From: Betaproteobacteria bacterium
GTDB taxonomy: Bacteria > Pseudomonadota > Gammaproteobacteria > Burkholderiales > JACQAP01
DNA: 64,000 nt
Reading direction: 5' to 3'
Assembly: GCA_039931685.1 (NCBI GenBank)
Contig: JBDTRK010000001.1
Span: 7,190-71,189 of the forward strand
Of the stretch, positions 36,424 through 45,287 are shown piece after piece. A program made the translations under genes and the position numbers. Position 1 is the stretch's first letter. Every line of letters starts with the position of its first letter. A model generated the notes under the pieces. It searched no databases. It was not told the origin of the DNA and saw nothing but the letters and a program-made list of their open reading frames with translations.

Positions 36424-37277
36424 TGCCGACGTCGGACATCTTGCTCGAAGAAGCGGCTTGCCAACTTGTGGGCAATGTCGACGCGCGGCGGGAGGCGCAA
36501 GTGCTGCTCGGCATTGTCTTGGGCGTGTCCCGAGCGTGGCTTGCTGCGCATGGCGGTAAAGCAGTGGATCCGTTGGCCGCCGCCACCTTTCATTCGCTCG
36601 TCGAGCGCCGGCGAGCCGGCGAACCGATCGCTTATCTGCTTGGCAGGCGCGAATTCTACGGCCTCGATTTTCGCGTAACACCGGATGTATTGATTCCACG
36701 CGCGGATACGGAAACCCTGGTTGACGCGGCACTGGAAGTCCTTGATCGCGACGCGGCGCATGATGTGCTGGATCTGGGCACCGGCAGCGGGTGCGTTGCC
36801 GTGGTCATCGCCCATGAGCGGCCGGTCGCGCGGGTAACGGCGCTCGACGCATCCGCGTCGGCGCTGAAAATTGCAGGGGGGAACGCGCTTGCCCATGGCG
36901 TAAACGTCGCGTTCGTACGCGGCAATTGGCTCGAACCGCTCGCCGGTAGGCGGTTTGACCTGATCGTTTCCAATCCGCCCTATGTGGCTGCGGGTGATCC
37001 GCATTTGCGGAGCGGCGACTTGCGATTCGAGCCTCAGCAGGCGCTTGCATCGGGTATTGACGGTTTGCGCGACATCCGCAAGATAGTTGCCGCTGCGCCG
37101 GCTTGCCTGCGCGCAGGCGGCTGGCTTTTGCTCGAGCACGGCCATGACCAGGCCAAGGCCTGCAGAGACCTTTTGCTCGACACGGGTTTTACCGGGTTGA
37201 TCAGCCGGCCGGATCTTGCTGGATTGGCACGCGTGGCGGGCGGGCGCCTATTGACGGAGAAATCAGCGTATCGTTAA
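36420..37277 (+). CDS. prmC: Release-factor glutamine N5-methyltransferase
   Basis: SAM motif DLGTGSG and catalytic NPPY. Overlaps the prfA stop by 4 nt. Confidence 0.9.
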   Translation: MMPTSDILLEEAACQLVGNVDARREAQVLLGIVLGVSRAWLAAHGGKAVDPLAAATFHSLVERRRAGEPIAYLLGRREFYGLDFRVTPDVLIPRADTETLVDAALEVLDRDAAHDVLDLGTGSGCVAVVIAHERPVARVTALDASASALKIAGGNALAHGVNVAFVRGNWLEPLAGRRFDLIVSNPPYVAAGDPHLRSGDLRFEPQQALASGIDGLRDIRKIVAAAPACLRAGGWLLLEHGHDQAKACRDLLLDTGFTGLISRPDLAGLARVAGGRLLTEKSAYR

Positions 37278-37334
37278 CATCACTGCATCGGGAGCGGCGC
37301 TGAAGGCGGACCTCCCACAATTAATTCAGAAGGA

Positions 37335-37649
37335 ATGCCAATGAATGCTCAGGACAAGATCAAGCAGCAGGTGACAGGAAATCCGATCGTGCTTTACATG
37401 AAGGGCACGCCGGATGCACCTATGTGCGGTTTCAGTGCCGCGGCGGTGCAAATCCTCGAGGCTTGCGGCGCCGAAAACGTCGCAACAGTGGATGTGCTGA
37501 GCGACCAGGATGTGCGCCAGGGCATCAAGGAGTTCTCCAACTGGCCGACCATTCCCCAGTTGTACGTAAACGGTGAATTCGTCGGCGGCGCGGACATCAT
37601 GCGCGAGATGTACCAGTCAGGGGAACTGCAGAAGCTTTTCGGGAAATAG
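37335..37649 (+). CDS. grxD: Monothiol glutaredoxin (Grx4 family)
   Basis: CGFS active site (PMCGFS) and WPTIPQLYVNGEFVGG motif. Confidence 0.92.
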   Translation: MPMNAQDKIKQQVTGNPIVLYMKGTPDAPMCGFSAAAVQILEACGAENVATVDVLSDQDVRQGIKEFSNWPTIPQLYVNGEFVGGADIMREMYQSGELQKLFGK

Positions 37650-37668
37650 CCCAACCGGTACTTCGCGA

Positions 37669-37696
37669 AGGCTGGCCTGTGCGCCGGCCTTTTTTA
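37669..37696 (+). terminator. Rho-independent terminator after grxD
   Basis: AGGCTGGC-N6-GCCGGCCT stem (one G-T pair) followed by a T-run. Confidence 0.7.
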
Positions 37697-37999
37697 TTGG
37701 CTGACCGTGTTGGATCGATGCGGTCGTCGGACCGTGCAACGACCGGCGTTTCGACATCGCGATCAATTCCTTGCGCTATCGCTGTGCCGGGGTTGGATTG
37801 CGATTTATTCTTTGCACGCATAAGCTTTATGCCGGAATTATCGCTATCGCAATAACACTGCGTACACTACCTTTCGTGCATTCGTCAATGACAGTCGATT
37901 TAACCCCACGCGTCATCATGGCGTCTGCGTCCATTAGAACGGTATGCAACGCGTCAGCTCACCCCCTGCCGCTCACCCCCTGACGGACGGAGATCGCCC

Positions 38000-40900
38000 A
38001 TGATGGAACTCGTGCGGGTGGCGTTGCGCCGCCCGTACACCGTAGCCGTACTGTCGCTACTCGTGCTGTTGCTGGGCGGCCTGGCGGTCACGCGCATGGT
38101 GGTCGATTTTTTCCCCAAGATCGACATTCCGGTCGTCTTTGTCGGCTGGAATTACCCCGGCTTGTCCGCCGAGGAAATGGAGCGCCGCGTCGTCATCATT
38201 AGCGAGCGCGCCTATTCGACGACGGTCAATGGCATCGACCGCATCGAATCCAACTGCATTCCCGGCATCGGCCTGGTCAAGGTGTATTTCCACCAGGGCA
38301 CTGACATCGGAGCGTCGATTGCGCAGATCAACGCCATCAACGGCACCATTCTGCGCATCCTGCCGCCGGGCATAACGCCGCCGGTGATTATCCAGTACGA
38401 CCCCGCGACAGTGCCCATCGTGCAAATGGTGTTGTCCAGCAAAACCGTGCCGGAAGGCCGCATCTTCGACCATGCGTTCAATTTCGTCCGGGTAAAGCTG
38501 TTCACCATTCCCGGCCTGGTCGTCCCGGCTCCGTTTGGCGGCCGGCTGCGGCAGGTCATGGTGGACCTGACTCCACAGCTGATGACGGCCAAAGGCGTGT
38601 CGCCTAACGACGTCGTCAATGCCCTGCAAAATTCGAACGTGCTGGTACCGGCCGGTACCGCACGCATCGGTTCGACCGAGTACAACGTCTTGATGAACTC
38701 CAGTCCGCCGACGGTGGACCAGTTCAACCAGATGCCCCTGCGCGTGACAAACGGGGTGCCGGTGCTGCTAGGCGACGTGGCTAAGGTTGCCGACGGCTTT
38801 GCGGTGCAGAACAACATCGTCCATGTTGATGGCCGCCGCGCGACATATCTGACCATTCTCAAGCATTCCGAAGCCTCGTCGCTCGCCGTCGTCGAAGCCA
38901 CTCGCGAACTGCTGCCCGAAATCCAGAAGGCGGCGCCGGATGGCATCGAAGTCAAGCTCGATTTCGACCAGTCTGTCTACGTGCGTGCGGCGATCAAGAA
39001 TGTTGCCGCGGAGGCCGTGATCGCCTCGCTGCTGGTCTCGTTGATGGTATTGTTATTCCTCGGATCGTGGCGCAATACCATCGTCGTGATCACTTCGATA
39101 CCGTGCGCGATGGCGGCCGGTATTCTCGGGCTCTACTTTACCGGCAATACCATCAATCTGATGACGCTGGCCGGGCTGTCGCTCGCCACCGGTATTCTCG
39201 TCGATGACGCGACCGTGGCCGTGGAGAACATCCACCGTCATCGGGCGATGGGGCAGCCGCTCACGGTAGCCATCCTGGAAGGGTCCCGCGAAGTCGCTGT
39301 GCCGCGCACCATGGCTACGCTGGCAATCTGCATCGTGTTCATTCCGGTGGCCTTCCTGTACGGCGTATCCAAGTTCCTGTTCGTGCCGCTTGCCTTGTCG
39401 GTGGTATTCGCCCTGCTCGCCTCCTACGTTCTGTCCTTCACGCTGGTGCCGATGCTGTCGCGCCAGTTGCTGGCTGGCGAACACCACGATGACGGCACCG
39501 GAACGGACATCGGCGCGCGCCTCAATCGCGTACGCGAAAATGCACTCGAATGGTTGCAGAACACCTACGCTGCGGTGCTGACCGTGGTGATGCGCCATCG
39601 CCCGTTTGTGCTGGTCTGCCTGTTCCTGATGGGCGGCGTCAGCGTCTTCCTCGGCCGGGTCGTGGGCACGGATTTCTTCCCGACGGCCGACGTCGGCATC
39701 CTTAAGCTGCATTTCCGCGCGCCCATGGGCACTCGCATCGAGGAGACCGAGACGCTGGTTCTCGCCGTGCAGGACGAAATTCGCAAGATCATTCCCGCCG
39801 CGGAAATCTCGACCATCAACGACATGCTCGGAGTGCCGCTGTTCTTCAACCTTGCTTTCGTGCCCACCGACAATATCAGCGGAATGGACGCCGACATCCT
39901 GATTTCGCTGAAGCATCCGCATCAGCCATCGGCATTCTGGATGCGCGAGCTGAGGGCAAAGCTGCCGTCAAAGTTTCCTGGATCCACCATGTATTTTCAG
40001 AATGCCGATATCGTCACCCAGGTGCTGAATTTCGGACTGCCGGCGCCGATCGACGTGCAAATTCAAGACCAGAACTTCGAGCGCGCGCAAGGTTACGCCG
40101 CGCGGGTGCGCAAAATCATCGAGGAGACGCCGGGCGCGGTCGATGTACGGCAGATGCAGGTGCTGAATTATCCTGCGTTGCGCGTCGAGGTTGACCGCGT
40201 GCGGGCAGCGCGCCTCGGGCTCACGCAACGCGACGTGGCGAACAACGTGCTGACGACGCTGTCGTCAAGTGCAATTGTCAACCCTTCGTATTTCCTGAAT
40301 CCGAACGGCGTGAACTATACGGTCGCGGTGCAGACCCCGATCGAGCGCATGACCTCGGTGGACGATCTAATGGCGACGCCGATAACCACCGGCACCGCGC
40401 CAGTCCTCGAAACGGCCGCCGCCGCCCGCCTCGATGCCGCGCCCGGCGCACCGGTAACCCGGCTATCCAGTATCGCCAGCATCAAACCGGAGACCAGCTA
40501 CCAATCGGTGTCGCATTACACCGTCCAGCGTGTGCTCGACATTGCCGCCAATATTGACGGCCGCGATCGGGGTGGCCTCGGACATCAAGCGCAAGATCGA
40601 CGCGATGACGGCGGAAAAGGATTTTCCGCCGACGGCGAAGATCATCATCCGCGGGCAGTATCAGGTCATGAACTCGTCTTTCGTAAGCCTGATTGGCGGG
40701 CTGCTGCTGGCAATAGTGCTGGTCTATGCGCTGCTGGTAGTGCTTTTCCAGTCCTGGATCGATCCGTTCATTATCATGATGGCGGTGCCGGGCGCGCTGA
40801 TCGGCATACTTTGGATGCTCGCCTTGAGCGGGACGACGATCAACGTCATGTCGCTGATGGGCGCGATCATGGCGGTGGGCATAGGCGTGTCCAATTCGAT

Positions 40901-41231
40901 CCTGATCGTGAGCTTTGCAAACGAATTGCGGGCCGAGAAAAACCTGGGCGTGATCGAGGCGGCGATCGAAGCAGGCCGGACGCGGCTGCGTCCGGTGCTA
41001 ATGACCGCGCTGGCGATGATCATCGGCATGGTGCCGATGGCGCTGGGGCTGGGAGAGGCCGGCGAGCAGAACGCCCCCCTTGGACGGGCCGTGATCGGCG
41101 GGTTGGCGATGGCGACGATCGTCACGTTGTTCGTCGTGCCGGTGATCTATACATTTGTCAGAAAGAGCATGCCGATCCTGCACGAACTCGACGCGCGATT
41201 CGAGGCCGAGTCGCAGGGCCGCCAGGTCTGA
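38000..41231 (+). pseudogene. RND efflux transporter permease, interrupted by a +1/-2 frameshift near 40566-40572
   Basis: N-terminal ~855 aa of an AcrB-like protein are in the frame of 38000. The C-terminal ~220 aa (TM7-12 region, ...VPVIYTFV) are in the frame of ORF 40530..41231. After the junction the first frame turns into Arg/Asp/Gly-rich nonsense. Confidence 0.85.
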
Positions 41232-41243
41232 GGAGTAATTCAA

Positions 41244-42425
41244 ATGACTTTGATGCAGCGCCGCCGCGATTCATTTCTGATCTTCTACGTTGTCGCTTTT
41301 GTAATGGTGGTGGTTGCGAGCGCCGCAGTGTGGTGGTTCTGGCAGGACAAGAAGAATCATCTCGCAGACGAGGCGAGGATACGCGCGACGCAGTTAGAAG
41401 CCGGACCCACGGTCGTCACCGGCCAGTCCGCACGCGGATCGGCTGCACGCAAGATCAGCCTGACGGGCGAACTGCGGTCCTGGAAAGCCACCACGCTATA
41501 TTCGAAAGTCGGGGGCTATCTGTCCAGGATCACGGTCGACGTCGGTGACCGAGTGCATGCAGGACAGCTTATTGCGCAGGTGCAGGCGCCGGAACTCGAG
41601 GCGGAATACAAGAGCACGGTGTCGGAAATGGAAAACCGCGAGCGTCAGGCTCAGCGCACGCGCGATCTGGCTGGCAAGGGATTCTTCTCCCAGCAGGCCC
41701 TCGACAACGCGGATACCGACGTTCGCACTGCCCGCGGCCGGGTGGATACGCTGCGCTCGCAAATGGCTTACCGCAGCCTTTACGCCCCATTTGCCGGGGT
41801 TGTGACGCGGCGGTTCGTGGATCCGGGTGCGCTAATTACCAATGCCGTCAACAACCAGACTTCGTCTCAGGCGGTCGTTACCGTGTCGGACCCGTCGAAA
41901 CTGCGCGTGAGCACCTACGTCGAACAAGTCGATGCGCATTTCATTCAGCCCGGGCTCGAGGCAGAAATCATCGATACGGCCAATCCAACGCGACACATCA
42001 AGGCCAAGGTGAGCCGCGTAGCCGGCGAACTCGATGCGAAGACGCGCACGCTGCTGACCGAAGTTGATTTCGATAATCGGGCGGGAGTCTTCATTCCGGG
42101 CTCGTTCGTCAATGTCGTGTTACTGGTGCCTCAGACCAGCTATATCGAAGTGCCTGCCTCCGCCCTTGTGGTACGGGAGCGCAAGAATTTCGTCGCAGTG
42201 CTCGAAGCCGACAGCCATATCAGGCTCACGCCCGTCGAGGTCGTTGGCACCGACGGCGCTTCGGTGAAAATTGCGAGTGGGCTGGGCGAGGGCGTCCGAG
42301 TCGTGCTGAGCCTGCCGAACACGGTGCCCGATGGCGCCAAGGTCAATCCGGCTAGCCCGCCCGCCGCAGCGCAGCCCGCCGCCAAGGCGGCCGCCCCGGC
42401 AGCAAATTCGCAGCAACCTAAATAA
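41244..42425 (+). CDS. Efflux RND transporter periplasmic adaptor subunit (MFP)
   Basis: N-terminal TM anchor, lipoyl / coiled-coil hairpin / beta-barrel pattern (GQLIAQVQAPELEAEY...YAPFAGVVTRRFVDPGALI), Ala/Pro-rich tail. Confidence 0.88.
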   Translation: MTLMQRRRDSFLIFYVVAFVMVVVASAAVWWFWQDKKNHLADEARIRATQLEAGPTVVTGQSARGSAARKISLTGELRSWKATTLYSKVGGYLSRITVDVGDRVHAGQLIAQVQAPELEAEYKSTVSEMENRERQAQRTRDLAGKGFFSQQALDNADTDVRTARGRVDTLRSQMAYRSLYAPFAGVVTRRFVDPGALITNAVNNQTSSQAVVTVSDPSKLRVSTYVEQVDAHFIQPGLEAEIIDTANPTRHIKAKVSRVAGELDAKTRTLLTEVDFDNRAGVFIPGSFVNVVLLVPQTSYIEVPASALVVRERKNFVAVLEADSHIRLTPVEVVGTDGASVKIASGLGEGVRVVLSLPNTVPDGAKVNPASPPAAAQPAAKAAAPAANSQQPK

Positions 42426-42502
42426 CGGCGCCTTATAATTCCCCTGCCCCCGCTCGCCCTAGGGGTCGACGCATCCAAAATCCTTCGGGTCAGGCGATTG
42501 CA

Positions 42503-42817
42503 ATGATGATGAATTATCGCGGCATTCACGACATGGGTGGCTTGTCGGCAGGCAAGGTCGAAGCCACCGAGCATGACTACGCGTTGTGGGAAAAGCGCGT
42601 GGACGCACTGATGGTGTTGCTAGCGAAGAAGGGGCATCTGACCGTGGATGAACTGCGCCGGAACATCGAAACACTCGGCGCGGAGGCCTACGACGCGATG
42701 AGTTACTACGAACGCTGGATCTACGCGATCACCCAGACCCTCATCCAGCGTGGCGTCATCACCATTGACGAGCTCGGTACGGGAATCGCGCAAGCCCGGA
42801 TCCATGGCGAAAGCTAA
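42503..42817 (+). CDS. Nitrile hydratase beta subunit N-terminal-domain-like protein (SCNase beta-like)
   Basis: GIHDMGG N-terminal motif, then ...W-E...L...G..T.DELRR..E......YYERW, as in NHase beta N-domains. 104 aa. Confidence 0.8.
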   Translation: MMMNYRGIHDMGGLSAGKVEATEHDYALWEKRVDALMVLLAKKGHLTVDELRRNIETLGAEAYDAMSYYERWIYAITQTLIQRGVITIDELGTGIAQARIHGES

Positions 42818-43109
42818 CTCCACCGCTGCCAGATTCGCCGCTGGCGACCGTGTCGCCGTCCGGGACATCTATCCGCTCGGCCATGTTCGCACACCTTATT
42901 ACATTCGAGGAATGCGCGGCATCGTCGAACGGCTGTGCGGCTTGTACGGCAATCCCGAGGAGCTCGCTTACGCGCGCCCGGGCGTGCCGAAGCAGCCGCT
43001 GTATCGCGTGCGTTTCCTGCAGCGCGACGTCTGGCCTGCCTATCGCGGCGGTGCCGACGATACCGTGGATGTCGAAATCTACCAGCACTGGCTGGAAACG
43101 GACTCCTGA
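42804..43109 (+). CDS. Nitrile hydratase beta subunit C-terminal-domain-like protein (SCNase alpha-like)
   Basis: FAAGDRVAVRDIYPLGHVRTPYYIRG...YRVRF...DVW...VDVEIYQHWLE matches the SH3-like NHase beta C-domain pattern. The ATG at 42804 overlaps the upstream ORF by 14 nt. Confidence 0.75.
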   Translation: MAKANSTAARFAAGDRVAVRDIYPLGHVRTPYYIRGMRGIVERLCGLYGNPEELAYARPGVPKQPLYRVRFLQRDVWPAYRGGADDTVDVEIYQHWLETDS

Positions 43110-43111
43110 CC

Positions 43112-43777
43112 ATGCCGCACGACCACGATCATCCTCACGACCACTCCGATTCCCGAGGCGGCGCCGCGGCACACAAGCATCCGCCTTTGCGCCCGGACCA
43201 GGACGATACCATCACCTACTGGCGTGCCATGGAGATTGCGGTGCGCGGGCTGCTGATCGACAAGGGCATTGTGACGGCGGACGAAATCCGTCGCGCGGTC
43301 GAAGATATGGATGGTCGAACGCCCTTGCAGGGCGCGCGCATTGTCGCCAAGGCCTGGACCGATCCGCAGTTTCGCCAGTTGCTGCTGTCCGATGGCAATG
43401 CCGCATGCCAGTCGTTGGGCATTGACGAGGGCGTCTACAAGCTGGTGGTCGTGGAGAACACGGACGCAGTACACAACGTTATCGTCTGCACGCTGTGCTC
43501 CTGTTACCCGCGTTGGTTGCTCGGCTTGCCCCCCGATTGGTATAAGAGCCGAAACTATCGTTCGCGCGTGATCAACGAACCGCGCGACGTGCTCAGGGAG
43601 TTCGGTACCGAAATCGCGAACGGCACGGTGGTGCGGGTGCACGACTCTACGGCCGACATGCGCTATCTGGTTTTGCCCAAGCGCCCGCCGGGCACCGAGG
43701 GATGGTCCGAGGACAAGCTTGCAGCGCTGGTCACGCGCGACTCCATGATAGGCGTGGCGTTCGCCGGGCAGCCTTGA
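43112..43777 (+). CDS. Nitrile hydratase alpha subunit-like protein, cobalt-type metal site (SCNase gamma-like)
   Basis: VCTLCSCY claw-setting motif followed by PRWLLGLPPDWYKS, plus MRYLVLPKRPPGTEGWSED and TRDSMIGV. His/Asp-rich N-terminus MPHDHDHPHDHSD. ATG lies 2 nt after the upstream stop. Confidence 0.88.
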   Translation: MPHDHDHPHDHSDSRGGAAAHKHPPLRPDQDDTITYWRAMEIAVRGLLIDKGIVTADEIRRAVEDMDGRTPLQGARIVAKAWTDPQFRQLLLSDGNAACQSLGIDEGVYKLVVVENTDAVHNVIVCTLCSCYPRWLLGLPPDWYKSRNYRSRVINEPRDVLREFGTEIANGTVVRVHDSTADMRYLVLPKRPPGTEGWSEDKLAALVTRDSMIGVAFAGQP

Positions 43778-43849
43778 GCGCCCCCGCGGGCACGGTGACG
43801 CTTTGCGCTTTGTCGCGTTCGCATTGAATCAATCACGATAGTCACTGCG

Positions 43850-44752
43850 GTGAAATCGCCTCGTCTCGAAACGATCAGGAACATCGCCTTGCGCCAGCCG
43901 CGGCGTTTTCAGCCGCCGGCGAAGGGCGAAGTGCTCGTCAACGGCGATCGCCGTTATTTCATCGGCGATGCGATCGGGCAAGGCGGTTTCGGCATGGTGT
44001 ACGACTGCATCGATGACTGGGGCAATCCGCTGGTTGCCAAAATACTCATTCCCCATGAGCAGTCCTACCGCGAAGTGCGCCGAGTCTGGCAGGAGGAACT
44101 GCGCAAGTTGCTGGTCATGCGGCATCCGAACATCACGTTTGTCTATGATGCCTTCGAATACAACGATACCTTCTATCTCATCATCGAGCGCTGCAGCTTT
44201 CCGTTGTCGCAACTGATCACCCGTCTCGGGTTGGATGCGGACCGTTGGATCCCGTACGTTGCCCGCGATGTACTTCAGGCGCTCGACTACATCCACGCGG
44301 CCGGTTACGTGCACAAGGATCTGCATCCCGGCAACGTATTTGTCACGGAACAGCGCCGCAAGCACAGATTGCTCAAGGAACCGGTGTGGTCGTTCAAGGT
44401 TGGCGATCTCGGGCTGACGCGGCTCGAGTCCGATATCCGGGTGTTCCAGACCTTGCTTGCCGACTGGATGCGGCCACCGGAAGCATTCGATCCGGAGAAA
44501 TTTGGCGCCGTCGGACGCCACGTGGATATCTATCAGACCGGCTTGCTGCTGCTGGCGCTGATGCTGAGGGAAATTCCCTATTTCACACGCGAGGAAATTC
44601 TCGGTGGAATTCCCCAGGCGCTGGCCGCCAAGCATGATTCCCGATTTGGTCCAGTCATTGCGAAAGCCCTGCGGCGCCACGTCGAATGGCGCACGCAGAC
44701 CGCACTTGAATTCTGGCGGGAACTGTCGGCAGTGGCCGCGGGCGACGCCTGA
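43850..44752 (+). CDS. Hanks-type Ser/Thr protein kinase, catalytic domain only
   Basis: GTG start. GQGGFGMVY glycine loop, VAKIL lysine, HKDLHPGN catalytic loop, DLG and PPE motifs. 300 aa with no TM or sensor domain. Confidence 0.8.
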   Translation: MKSPRLETIRNIALRQPRRFQPPAKGEVLVNGDRRYFIGDAIGQGGFGMVYDCIDDWGNPLVAKILIPHEQSYREVRRVWQEELRKLLVMRHPNITFVYDAFEYNDTFYLIIERCSFPLSQLITRLGLDADRWIPYVARDVLQALDYIHAAGYVHKDLHPGNVFVTEQRRKHRLLKEPVWSFKVGDLGLTRLESDIRVFQTLLADWMRPPEAFDPEKFGAVGRHVDIYQTGLLLLALMLREIPYFTREEILGGIPQALAAKHDSRFGPVIAKALRRHVEWRTQTALEFWRELSAVAAGDA

Positions 44753-44792
44753 GGTCGTGCAATGCTGGGCGCCAGGCCGACGCCGGCGGCAG

Positions 44793-45287
44793 TCAGTCGC
44801 GCCGTTTCAGGACTGCAGCGATCACGGCCGCGACGATCAGCAACGCGAAACAGATCAGCGACCATTCGGCGATCGACAGGCCAAGGAAACGCCACGGCAC
44901 TTTGGTGCAATCGCCGGTGCCGCGGAAGATCATTGGCAGTGCTTCGGTCAGCGGAAAGGATTCAAGCATGAAACCGACGTCCGCACCGCAATCGAATATC
45001 TTCGGCGGGAAATGCTCGAGATAGACATGCCGCATCGCCACGCCGCCGCCGGTGGCGGCCGTGATGGCCAATAAACCGCTGTAAATCCGGCGCCCCACAA
45101 GAGCGGGGTTGTGGATGGCGGCGACGAGCGCGATTACGCCGACGACAATGAAAGCGTAGCGCTGCAGGATGCACATTGGACAAGGCTCCAGGCCGAGCGA
45201 GTGCTGCAGGTACAACGCGAATCCAATCAACCCTGCGCAGCCCAGGAAGATCGCCAGGTAAATCAGCCGTGAACTGTATTTCGTCAT
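44793..45287 (-). CDS. dsbB: Disulfide bond formation protein B
   Basis: Four TM segments, CPMCILQRY first periplasmic loop, second Cys pair (CGAD...C). 164 aa. Confidence 0.9.
   Translation of the reverse strand: MTKYSSRLIYLAIFLGCAGLIGFALYLQHSLGLEPCPMCILQRYAFIVVGVIALVAAIHNPALVGRRIYSGLLAITAATGGGVAMRHVYLEHFPPKIFDCGADVGFMLESFPLTEALPMIFRGTGDCTKVPWRFLGLSIAEWSLICFALLIVAAVIAAVLKRRD

Noticed and set aside
41232-41548. Apparent C-terminal extension of the 1182-aa RND ORF into the adaptor gene.
   Set aside because: This is the out-of-frame continuation after the frameshift near 40570. The authentic C-terminus is in ORF 40530-41231, and the adaptor gene occupies 41244-42425.
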